Assembly: GCA_965227775.1 (NCBI GenBank)
Contig: OZ245777.1
Coordinates: 2,035,992 to 2,099,991, forward strand
Length of the DNA stretch: 64,000 bases
Direction: 5' to 3'
Source: Phycisphaerales bacterium
GTDB taxonomy: Bacteria; Planctomycetota; Phycisphaerae; Phycisphaerales; UBA1924
Shown here: positions 43,785 to 53,500 of the stretch, piece after piece
Numbering within the stretch: position 1 is the stretch's first letter
Layout: each line of letters begins with the position of its first letter
Made by a program: the position numbers and the translations under genes
Notes under the pieces: model-generated
Database searches by the model: none
The model's input: only the letters and a program-made list of their open reading frames with translations
Told to the model about the DNA's origin: nothing

Positions 43785-45877
43785 TGCGTGCAAGCCTTGT
43801 GGTCCTACTGCTGTTCGTGTCGTCCGCCTACGCCCAGGACGCCGGTTCGCAGCGCGCCACGATGGTCGGACGGGTTGAAGCCGCCGTCGCCGAGGCCAAT
43901 CGCGATGGCATCGCCGCCAGCGAACGCATCGCGGCATTGGGTCGGGCGATCGAGGCACGATGGGCGCTCATGACGGCGTTGCCATCCGACTCGCACGCGC
44001 CGATCTGGATGCTCGACCAGGCGGCCGATGAACTCGCGCGTCTGACGCTCTCACTCGACGATGCGCGATTGGTGGTCGGTCTGCTTGGAACGCAAGAGCG
44101 GGCGAGCGTCGTGCGCGCCGCCGAGATCGCCTACGGGCTGGCCCGTCGTGCCGGAGAGGGAATCGAAGCCCGCTTCGAACAGCAGCGGGCCATCATCGAT
44201 GCCGGAGGCGAACTTGCACCCGGGGATCACACGCTCAATCGGCGGATGGCCGAGATTGAGTTGGCCGTGCGACGCCCCTTGCTGATGGGCCGTTCGGCTG
44301 CGCTCCGCATTGCCGGCGATGCCGACGACGCCGGACCCCAGGACGCGATTACGCAGCTCCAGGGTCTTCGGGTCGGCTCGGGTGATGCTGAGGCGATTCG
44401 CGATACGGCGCTCGCGATCGCGTTCGTACACCAGCCGGGCGGTAAGCAGCGGGCCATCGACACGCTTGCATCGGTGGTCTCAGCGCGCCCGATCCCCGCC
44501 GGCTCACGCACGCACGCCGAAGCCATGCTGTTGCGAACCCGGCTGGAGCGCCGACTCGAAGACCAGGTACGCGCGATCACTCAGGCCGGGTCGGTGCCGC
44601 CATTCGTCGATGACGTCGGACGAGTTGACCCAGCACTGCTTGTATTGGCCGTGGAAGCCCGAGCGCGCGTGTTGTCAGAGGCGGGTGAGCTCGAACAAGC
44701 CGCTCGCGCGTTGATCGAGCTCGAGGACCAGTCGGTGCTCGGTGGTTCGAGATCGCAGCGAGCGCGTCTCGCCGACGAGCGACTCTCGGCCCTCGCCCAA
44801 GCCAACAACGAGTGGACTGGCGTCGCCGGCGACGTGGTGCTCCGGGTGGCGCGGGCACTGGTCGCGCAGGACGTGCCCAGCCTGGACGAGCGTGCCATCC
44901 AAGTGTTGGACGGACTTCTTCAGCGATCTGACGACGATGGAGCGATTGCTGAGCTTGAACCCGCGGGAGAGCTGCTCGCACGCTTGCTGCTGGCAACCGC
45001 AGATCGAACCGACGAAGCCGAACTGGCGAGCGTGCGCCGCATCGAGGCCGTGCGGCTTATCGCGTCGTTGCTGCGGTCGCCCGAAGCCGACCTCACAGGC
45101 TTGTTGGGTGCCGGAGCGACACTCTCGCTTGGACCGGCTGGCAACGGATTGGAGATTGAGCAACGTCGGCGGTTGCTGTCGGCAGCGATCGAACGCCTGC
45201 CGACCGATCTTTCCGCCGACCGCTGGCGTCTCGGCCTGGCGGCCAGCTGGATGACGCCACCACAAGACTGGCCAACTGCGCTCAAGCTCGCAGAAGCGGC
45301 GATGCGAGGCGATGACCCCGCCACACGAGCCGACGCGATCGCGCTTGCCGGCGCGATTCACTCTTCCGTCGTCGAGGGCGCGGCTGACCGTGCGCCGTCG
45401 CTCGATGCACTCCAGGCGGCGCTGTTCTTCGCGCGGTCGCACCCTGGCGCCACCGAGATCGACCAGCAGGTGCTGGCAATGAAAGTTGCCTCGGCGTTGC
45501 TCGATCGCGGCCGACGCGAGGACGCTGTTGGTGTGCTCGACGCCGTGAACGGGGTGCCCGGTGTCGAGGCGATCATCCTCCGAGCTCGTGCGCAGGACGT
45601 GCTGGGGTCGAGCGAGGAGGCATTCGCTGCCTATCTCGCCGCGTCATCGTTGTTGCGACCGGAATCTGGTGATCAGTACTGGTTGGTGTGGACGCGGCTG
45701 CTGGAACTTCTCAGCCAGGAGCGGCGGGCTCGCGTCAATCAAGGCCAGGCTACGGGCGAGATGGAAGCTCGTATCCGCGGCTATCTCCTGAAGCTCCGTG
45801 CTGTCGACGCCGGGCTCGGAGGCCCGAAGTGGGCCAGCCGGCTCGGGCGGGTCGAGCGGACACTCGACTCCAAGTAG
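43781..45877 (+). CDS. Secreted all-helical (TPR-like) hypothetical protein
   Basis: The ATG at 43781 overlaps the upstream stop (ATGATG). Signal peptide MMRASLVVLLLFVSSAYAQ. Ala/Leu/Arg-rich helical composition for about 698 aa. Confidence 0.6.
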   Translation: MMRASLVVLLLFVSSAYAQDAGSQRATMVGRVEAAVAEANRDGIAASERIAALGRAIEARWALMTALPSDSHAPIWMLDQAADELARLTLSLDDARLVVGLLGTQERASVVRAAEIAYGLARRAGEGIEARFEQQRAIIDAGGELAPGDHTLNRRMAEIELAVRRPLLMGRSAALRIAGDADDAGPQDAITQLQGLRVGSGDAEAIRDTALAIAFVHQPGGKQRAIDTLASVVSARPIPAGSRTHAEAMLLRTRLERRLEDQVRAITQAGSVPPFVDDVGRVDPALLVLAVEARARVLSEAGELEQAARALIELEDQSVLGGSRSQRARLADERLSALAQANNEWTGVAGDVVLRVARALVAQDVPSLDERAIQVLDGLLQRSDDDGAIAELEPAGELLARLLLATADRTDEAELASVRRIEAVRLIASLLRSPEADLTGLLGAGATLSLGPAGNGLEIEQRRRLLSAAIERLPTDLSADRWRLGLAASWMTPPQDWPTALKLAEAAMRGDDPATRADAIALAGAIHSSVVEGAADRAPSLDALQAALFFARSHPGATEIDQQVLAMKVASALLDRGRREDAVGVLDAVNGVPGVEAIILRARAQDVLGSSEEAFAAYLAASSLLRPESGDQYWLVWTRLLELLSQERRARVNQGQATGEMEARIRGYLLKLRAVDAGLGGPKWASRLGRVERTLDSK

Positions 45878-45890
45878 TTGGCTCGGCTGA

Positions 45891-46370
45891 TCAGAGCTGA
45901 GCCTCGAGCCACGCCAGGTACTTGTCGGCATCCGCGTAGCCCTCGAGCATCGCCACCGGCTCGCCGTTCTCAAGCACGACCGTGCTCGGGAAGGCCCGGA
46001 CGCCAAGCTGCTGCAGCGTTGGCATCGCGAGTTGCGTGTCGGTGCCGTCGATCATGACGGGCTGACTGCGATTGGCTAGCAGCGACACGATGCGATCGTC
46101 GCTCAGCGTCGTGCGCTTGAGTTCCTGGCATGGCCCGCACCAATCGGCGGTGACAACCGCAACGACCGGGCGCTCACCCTCCAACGAAATTGCGGACAGA
46201 TCGGTCATGACGGGCATGAACTCAGGGGGAGGCGCGGGCGGACCGCCGCTGACGACCATGCGCGCAAGCAGCAGTCCAGCTGCGATAAGGATCGCAAACG
46301 AGAAAAAGAGGCCAGCCATACGTCCGCCAGACTTCGTCGGGCGTTGCGTCGTCGTATCGGCGGGATTCAT
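45891..46370 (-). CDS. Membrane-anchored thioredoxin-family protein
   Basis: ATG at 46370 (MNPADTT). One TM helix. WCGPC active-site motif (VTADWCGPCQELK). Confidence 0.8.
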   Translation of the reverse strand: MNPADTTTQRPTKSGGRMAGLFFSFAILIAAGLLLARMVVSGGPPAPPPEFMPVMTDLSAISLEGERPVVAVVTADWCGPCQELKRTTLSDDRIVSLLANRSQPVMIDGTDTQLAMPTLQQLGVRAFPSTVVLENGEPVAMLEGYADADKYLAWLEAQL

Positions 46371-46467
46371 GGCTGGTCCTTTCGCTTGGTGAGCAGAAAA
46401 TGAGGGCGGTCGAGATGAGACACAACCGAGGAAGACAGCGTGGTATTCACGCCTTGCCCAAGCCAAG

Positions 46468-47436
46468 TTATTGGATCAGCAGTGTTTCGGTCAGGTCGTT
46501 CAGCGTCACGACGCCCACCGGCTTGCCGTTCTGTGTGACGATCGCCAGGTCAGCATCGGCCGCCAGGATGCGGCGGATGCCGACGACGGACGGCGTGTCG
46601 GGTGAGACGAGCACCGCCGGCAGCAGGCGATCGGGCTCGGTGGGCTCACCGGCGAGCAGCGCGATCGCGGAGGCAACGCCAAGCACGCGACCATGGCCAT
46701 CGGTCACGGGCACCGTCGTCGCGGGCGTCGGGCCTAGTGCGCGACGGATGCGCTGGTGCGACCAGTCGGCGTGCACCTTCTGGGCCATCGACCACGAGAG
46801 CATCTCGTCGCCCACCCGGCCACGGCCGAGCGCGAGGGCCCGGTCGAGCAGCGTCGAGTGCTCGTCGCTCATGCCGCTGGGGCCGCCGGCTTCCTTCAGG
46901 ATATTGGCCATGCGTTGCCGGGCGTCGGACGAACCGCCAAGGCCCGCTCCGCCGATGAGTCTGGTCATGGCCTGCCCAGCGAGCATGACCAGCGGCACCA
47001 CCCCGAGCATCACGTAGAACACGCGAAGCCCCCGGAGGACCGGCGCGAAGAGGTAGGTCAGGCGGTCGGCACCCGTGCGGAAGAGCTCCTTGGGCAGCGA
47101 CTCGCCGAAGACGAGGATGATCGGCGTCACGACAATGGACTGCACGACGAGCGTGAGGATCGGCCCCATGCCCGCCGCGCCGAGCAGGGCAGAGACACCA
47201 AGCACGCCGATGTAGTTGCACACGTTATTGTGCACCAAGAGCGTCGAGAGCAGGCGATCGGTCCGGCGGATCTCGGTGCGGAGCATGAGCGCCGAGTGAT
47301 CGCCGCCCAGCGCCCGAGTCTCGAGCCCAAGGCGGCCGAGCGAGTACAGCCCCATCTCGAGCCCGCTCGCCAACGCCGAGCCCATGAGTCCGAGCAGCGC
47401 GACCAGCGACCAGAGGATGACCTCGCCGCTGCTCAC
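46468..47436 (-). CDS. CNNM/DUF21 plus CBS-pair membrane protein (no CorC_HlyC domain)
   Basis: GTG start overlapping the upstream stop (GTGA). DUF21-type TM region (LLSTLLVHNNVCNYIG) followed by a CBS-like region. 322 aa, so too short for the C-terminal CorC_HlyC domain. Confidence 0.7.
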   Translation of the reverse strand: MSSGEVILWSLVALLGLMGSALASGLEMGLYSLGRLGLETRALGGDHSALMLRTEIRRTDRLLSTLLVHNNVCNYIGVLGVSALLGAAGMGPILTLVVQSIVVTPIILVFGESLPKELFRTGADRLTYLFAPVLRGLRVFYVMLGVVPLVMLAGQAMTRLIGGAGLGGSSDARQRMANILKEAGGPSGMSDEHSTLLDRALALGRGRVGDEMLSWSMAQKVHADWSHQRIRRALGPTPATTVPVTDGHGRVLGVASAIALLAGEPTEPDRLLPAVLVSPDTPSVVGIRRILAADADLAIVTQNGKPVGVVTLNDLTETLLIQ

Positions 47437-48788
47437 TTGCCACCTCCCGCTGCGTCTGGCGCTTCGAGCGTTTGCGATGTCAGGCGGAGCAGCACGCGGT
47501 CGATCGTTCGTCCGGTGACGACCTCCACCTCGACGTGGACCGGCCCGAAGTCCACCTCGTCGCCACGCTCCGCGAGGCGGCCGAGCGACGCCATGACGGC
47601 GCCGGCGATTGTCACCGCCTCGGGTGGGAGATCGAAGTCCTGCACGCGGTGCTCGGTGAATAGTCGTGCGAGCTCGCCGACGGGCATCCGCCCCGGCACG
47701 CTCCAGCAGCCCAAGCCCACCATGATGATGCCATCAGCGCCGGTCTCGCCGTGCTCGATGGGCATGCCCACCAGGCCGCGCAAGAGGTCGGCAAAATCGA
47801 GCAGACCGGTGCTCTCGCCGTGCTCGTCGACGCACACCGCCGTTCGCGCCTTTCGTTCGCGGAGCTGGTTGAGCACGCGATCGAGCCGGGCGTTCTCGGG
47901 TACATAGATCGGCTTCTCGAGCATGGGCCGGCCGCGTGCGAGCGTTGACTTCACGTCGAGGATGCGCGTGATCGTTGCGCCCTTGTCGTCGAACACGGGC
48001 AGCCGGTGGGCGCCCGTGCGGTGAACGAACTGCACGAGATCACCGATGGGCATGTGGGGCGAGACCGATGGCAGGTCGAGCCTCGGTGTCATCGCCACTC
48101 TGGCGCGCACCTGGCTCAGGCCGACGACGCCCTCGAGCAACTCCTGCTCGTGATCATCAATCGTGCCACCGTGGGCGCCGGCTCTGATCAGAGTACGTAC
48201 GGCGGTCGCATCGTGCGGCGCGTCGATGGGTGCCATGTGGATGAGCCGGGAGAGCGGGGCAACGACGAGTGCGTCGATGGCCATCAGCAAGCCACCCAAG
48301 GCGAGGCTCACCGACATCAGCAGTGGGGCGGCGATGCGTGCCCAGCGCGTGCGGAAAGTGTCGGCTGTCAGCTTCGCCAGGATCTCGCCAAACAGGATGA
48401 TCGCGACGAGGGGCGTCACCGCCGCCAGAACGCCGAGCAACGGCGATCGCGTGGTCTGCAAGAGCAGGGCGGCCGCCGCGAAGTACAGCACGTTGACCAC
48501 CATGTTCAGCAGCAGAACGCAGATGAGCAGCCGCCTCGGCTTCGCGAGCAACTCATCGATCGTGCTTGCGGCTTTGGGTGCTTGGCGTCGCAGGGCGACG
48601 CGCTCTCCGTGCGTGAGGCCGAACATCGCGGTCTCGCTGCCAGACGCCGCCGCGGATGCGACGAGGAGGCCCGCCATCAGCACAATGAGGCCGATGGCGA
48701 GCCCGCCGCCACCTTCCGCGGCGAGTTCTGCTGCTCCGTTAAAGCCTTGGGCGAGCGGCTCGGTCGAAGTATCGGGCGTGGGCGTCAT
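47433..48788 (-). CDS. Hemolysin/CorC-family transporter (DUF21 + CBS pair + CorC_HlyC)
   Basis: 451 aa. SGSETAMFGL and LLICVLLLNMVVNVLY (DUF21), CBS-like middle, and a C-terminal transporter-associated domain (VTIAGAVMASLGRLAERGDEVDFGPVHVEV). Confidence 0.8.
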   Translation of the reverse strand: MTPTPDTSTEPLAQGFNGAAELAAEGGGGLAIGLIVLMAGLLVASAAASGSETAMFGLTHGERVALRRQAPKAASTIDELLAKPRRLLICVLLLNMVVNVLYFAAAALLLQTTRSPLLGVLAAVTPLVAIILFGEILAKLTADTFRTRWARIAAPLLMSVSLALGGLLMAIDALVVAPLSRLIHMAPIDAPHDATAVRTLIRAGAHGGTIDDHEQELLEGVVGLSQVRARVAMTPRLDLPSVSPHMPIGDLVQFVHRTGAHRLPVFDDKGATITRILDVKSTLARGRPMLEKPIYVPENARLDRVLNQLRERKARTAVCVDEHGESTGLLDFADLLRGLVGMPIEHGETGADGIIMVGLGCWSVPGRMPVGELARLFTEHRVQDFDLPPEAVTIAGAVMASLGRLAERGDEVDFGPVHVEVEVVTGRTIDRVLLRLTSQTLEAPDAAGGGK

Positions 48789-48806
48789 GGCTGGGCCTGG
48801 GACAAC

Positions 48807-49316
48807 TCAGGCGTCTGGCGCGTGCGCTGGCACGCCCACTTGCTCGAGCATCCGCTCGAAGTATCGCCACTGCTGCAGCACGCCGGCCGCCGCGCTGGCC
48901 TTCCCGTCCTCAAGTGGCTCATCGCCCGATCCGAGGAGATGGCCCAACTCACGAGCGAGGTCCGCACGCCGATCGGCCGCCCATTTGCGCCATCGCGTTA
49001 CGGCCGCCTCGTCTCCCGACGCCGTCGCCTCTTCGGCTTCTTGGCGAACCTCGAGGATCTCAGCCAAGAACTCGGGCGAGAGCGGCGGGGCCTTGGCCCC
49101 CGGCGCCCGGATTGCCATCACAGCGCGGGCCCGGAGCTCGGGGTCGAGCAGCGTCGTCCGCGCCTCGTTAAGCGTGGATGGGTCCGCCGAACCTTCTCCA
49201 GGGGCAAGATCGGGGTGAGACGAAGCAATGCGCTGGAGATACGCTTGTTCGATTTTTGATCGGTCGAGATCGAAGCTCACGGCCAATCCGAGGATGTCGA
49301 AGGCGCTGGGTGCCAT
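48807..49316 (-). CDS. hscB: J-domain co-chaperone, HscB-like
   Basis: MAPSAFDILGL... with an HPD motif (SSHPDL). The C-terminal helical domain shows HscB-like segments (FLAEILEVRQEAEE, LQQWRYFERMLEQV). No isc/suf genes are adjacent. Confidence 0.55.
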   Translation of the reverse strand: MAPSAFDILGLAVSFDLDRSKIEQAYLQRIASSHPDLAPGEGSADPSTLNEARTTLLDPELRARAVMAIRAPGAKAPPLSPEFLAEILEVRQEAEEATASGDEAAVTRWRKWAADRRADLARELGHLLGSGDEPLEDGKASAAAGVLQQWRYFERMLEQVGVPAHAPDA

Positions 49317-49433
49317 TGAGTGTTGACGATAGGCCGCCACGGAAAAGGGGTTGACCGGTCGGCCCGGATCGGCGAGTATGGTGTCGGCGGAGGGGCCGGC
49401 TTCGCGAGGGGCCGGTGCGAATGGAGGCTTGCC

Positions 49434-50138
49434 TTGCCATCACAACACGTCGGGATCGTGGCCGTGAGCCCCGAAGGCGCCGCCCTCACGTATCGCCAAT
49501 TCAACCGACACGCAACCCAGATGACCCTCCCGGACAATCGCCCCAGCGTCACGATGCACGGCGAACCGTTCGACCAGTACCTCCGGGCGATCGGTGATCA
49601 GGACTGGGAAAGCGTGGGCTCGCTGCTGCGACGCTCGGCCGAGTGCCTGGCAGCCGCCGGAGCCCAGTTCTGCCTGACGCCGGACCACGTTGTTCAGCAC
49701 GCCGTCCAGATGGCCGAAACGGGCTGCCCGATTCCCTGGTTGACCATGGCCCAGCTCTTGGCCGACCAGGTGGGCCAGGACGGCCGCCAAAGCGTCGGAA
49801 TCCTGGGTACTCGCCTGGTGACCAACGGTTCGGCCTACCAGACGCACTTGGGCCTCCGGGGGGTGAAGGTGATGACCCCAAGCCCTGAGGAGGTCGACGA
49901 GGTCGACTCGATCATCTTCCAGGAGCTTGTACTCGGAGAGACCCGCGAGGCCTCCCGCCAGCGGCTGGGCGAGATCATCGGGAGGCTCGCCGATCGGGGC
50001 GCCGAGGCCATCGTGATGGGCTCCAGCGAGGTCCCGCTGCTGCTCTCGAGCGCGAATTGCCCGCTTCCGCTCTATGACCCGGGCGAGATCCAGGTGGTCA
50101 CGGCGGTCAAGATGGCTGTCGGGCCGGCGGCGGCATGA
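49434..50138 (+). CDS. Asp/Glu/hydantoin racemase-family protein
   Basis: TTG at 49434 with GGAGG 6 nt upstream (in frame within ORF 49320..50138). HVGIVAVSPEGAAL, ILGTR and AIVMGSSEVPLLL resemble aspartate racemase. The second catalytic motif reads GSSE rather than GCTE. Confidence 0.6.
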   Translation: MPSQHVGIVAVSPEGAALTYRQFNRHATQMTLPDNRPSVTMHGEPFDQYLRAIGDQDWESVGSLLRRSAECLAAAGAQFCLTPDHVVQHAVQMAETGCPIPWLTMAQLLADQVGQDGRQSVGILGTRLVTNGSAYQTHLGLRGVKVMTPSPEEVDEVDSIIFQELVLGETREASRQRLGEIIGRLADRGAEAIVMGSSEVPLLLSSANCPLPLYDPGEIQVVTAVKMAVGPAAA

Positions 50139-50564
50139 TGCGGACGGGGGCCGTACATCGGCCGCCGGAGACGACCGATCCGATCGTCCGAGAGCCAGTT
50201 ATCGAAAGCCCCCGGATTGCAACCCAAGGCGATCCGGAGGCGAATACATGCGAGCCGAGCGCTCGGAGTCGCGAAAAAGGGCTGGACAAGTGGGGGTGCC
50301 CGCTGGTATCCTGACTCCGAGCAGATCCGCGTGCAAGGCGGGAGCCGTCGACAGGCGGTATCCTTCGCCGACCGAGGACGTACACGGTCGAGCGCAGGCC
50401 CTGCATCCCGCCCCACGTGAGCGTGCCGGTGCACAACGCATCGGTGGACAAGCAGGCCACCTGACCGACCAGCCCTTGGGCAGGATGGCGACCGCACCAA
50501 CCCTCCCACGGGTCCCACGAGCAAACCAGCCGGCCAGACGCCGATCCATACCTGGAGCATCATC

Positions 50565-53500
50565 ATGAGTGGCCAACGTACCGGTTCGCCCCGCCACGCC
50601 AAGTCCCCATTCGGCCTTGGCCGCCTCCGCTCGCTGTATCGCTCGGCCGGCAAGGCCCTGGGAGAGCCGCGTGCGACCGAACCCGAGGGGACGGGGCAGA
50701 TCCTCGAGCAGCTCGAGTCGCGAATCTTGCTCGGCGGCGATCACCCGAGCTTTGAGTTGCCGCTGACGCCCACCTCGGGCACCGAGATCGTGCTCGACGG
50801 CGTGACCGGCGAGGGCACCGTCGACGGCGAGATCGAAGACATCACGATGAGCCTGGCGGACGACCTGTTCCGCTTCGATGCTCCGCAGACCGACTTCGTC
50901 ACCGTGTGGGCCGACACCATCAACGTGGTTGGCGGCTCCGCGCTCGATTCGCGCGTCGAGATCTACGACATCGACGGAGCGCTCGTGGCCCAGGGGTCCT
51001 CGCAGGGCGAGCTCTCCGATGGCCTCTTCTCCGACGGCTGGGCGGGCTTCCTGGCCGAGGGCGGCGAGACCTACTTCATCCGCGTGCTGAGCGACGTGGA
51101 CAACGCGGGTCAGATGACGACCGGCGAGTACACGGTGCGCGTCGATGCGATCACGAATACCGACCTGGTCATCGAAACCGACCCCATGCCGACGCCCCCG
51201 GCCCGCTTCGGTGCCGGCTTTGCCAGCGGGTCGATCACGCTGGTCGGCGACGACGTCGTCTACCGCGTCGAGGCGGGCAGCGACGACGCGTTCAACTCGC
51301 TGGCGACCTTCTACGCCGCCCTGCCTGCAATGCTCCCGTCGGACCTTGACACCCGCGTCGACGTGTACGACGAGCAGGGCCGGTTCCTGACCGGCGACAG
51401 CGACACGGGCCGACTGCTCACCGGCTTCGACATTGTGGAGTCGGCGGCCGACGCCGTGTTCTTTGTCCGCGTCCGCAGCGACCGCTTCGACGCGGGCGAT
51501 ACGCGTTCGACCGGCGCGTACCAGATCAACGCAGAGATGGCCGCCGCCGAAATCGACATCGATCCGGTCATCCGTCGCGGCCAGACGACCGACGCCATCG
51601 CCAGCGCCTTCGACACCAGGATCTACCGGTTCACCACACAGGGCTCGGGTCTGAGCTTCGTTGGCGCAATCGGCACGGGCCTTGTGCCATTGCCCGAGCC
51701 GGCCGTCCGGCTGTACGACAGCAACGCGGATCTCGATGGGTTCAGCGACCTTGCCGGCATCGCCGACCTGCAGATCCAGCTCGAGGGCAACACCGAGTAC
51801 TTCGTGGTCGTCGAGACCTTCGATAACCCGCCCGGTGGCCAGTATGACCTGCTCATCGAGAGCAACCACACGTTCTTGCCGAACCAGGAGATCGATGATC
51901 ACGTCGATCGTCTTGAGGGCAACGACCCTGACGGCGAGCCGATCGAGTTCAGCCCGACCGAGGGGTACACCAACCCCGACCAGTTCGACTTCGTCCGCCG
52001 CCAGTTTGAGTTGGCGACACCGCTGCGCTTCAGCGATCCGTTCTTGTACACCCGTACGTTCGTCGACCCGAACGGCATGTTCCCCGACGTGGTCAACCCA
52101 GTCGCGGACCGCTCGTACGTGCAGCAGGCGCTGGGAACGGGCCGCATCCACAGCTTCGGCGATACCGATCTGTTCCAGTTCACCGTGCCGCTCGACATGC
52201 TGGGTGACTACGCCGGCGACAACGACGACGTGGGCGACGCCCTCTTCGCCGGTGGCCAGGGTGACTTCATCATCAAGGGCACCGACAACGACACCGGCGG
52301 CCCGATCACCCGGAGCTTCCTGGGCGTCTGGGATGCGCAGGATTGGTGGCCGGTGCGCGCTGGCGTTGACATGGAAATCTACGCGATGGAGTCGTGGACG
52401 TACGACCCAGACGCTGACGTTGGTGGCACTGCCCTCATCCTGGGCGGCGAGTTCCAGTTCGCCGACTTCCAAGCGGCGCCGTTTGTCGCGGCGTACGCGT
52501 ATGACCCGACGCCGGGCGTCGAGGAGTTCGTGCTCACGCCGCTCGCCGGCGGCCTAGACGGAGCCGTGTACGACTTCGGCGTATTCGATCTGGACCCCGA
52601 CGACGACATCGAGAGCCAGCTCATCGTGGCAGGCGAGTTCACGGGCGGCATCCGCTCGTACACCGTCCAGCCCGGCGACTTCATCTCCGCCGGTGTGTTC
52701 GCTCCGCTGCCGATCGCGACCTTTGCGTCCGAGTACTACGCGATCGAGGTGTTCGATCCGGCTGATCCGGAAATGGGCGATGAGAACCCCGAGAGTCTCT
52801 GGTTCGGCGGAACCGGCTGGCTTGAGGAACTGATCGTCGACGACATGGGGCCGCGAGCCGGTGCGTTCTTCGAGATCGAGCAAGGCGCGGGTGATGGTGT
52901 CGTCCTCGACCTGAAGTCGTTCGAGATCCCGCCACCCCCCGTGGGCATGGGCGAAGCAACGGAAGGCCTTGTGGTCGGCGGCACCTTCGACGGCGTCGAG
53001 GGCTTCGCCGTCAGCAACGTGTTCTTCATCGAGGGCGATGCGGGCGCAATGGCGCCGGGTGCATTCATCCTCGACGACATGGGCGGCGGCGTGAACGACA
53101 CCGTCCGCGCGCTCGAGGCGTGGGATCGTGACGGCTCGGGCACCGATCTCTTCGATGAGATCATCGTCGGCGGCGACTTCACCGCCACGGCAGGCGGCCA
53201 GCCCCTGAACTTCATCGGTTCCTACGCGGGTGCATGGGCATCACTGGGCTCCGCGCTGCCCGCCGGCGGACCGGTCGACTTCAACGCACCGGTGCACAGC
53301 CTCAACGTCTTCATCGACGGCGAGTTTGGCGTCGGCACGGCGCCGTTCGCCGAGAACCCGGTTCTGTACGCCGGTGGTGAGTTCACTGTCGCCGATGGCA
53401 GCCCCATCGGCCGCATCGGGGGCCTGACCTTCGACACCACGCTCCTTGTGTGGACGTGGACGCCGCTCGGCTTCGGCTCGACCGATACCGTTTTCGCGCT

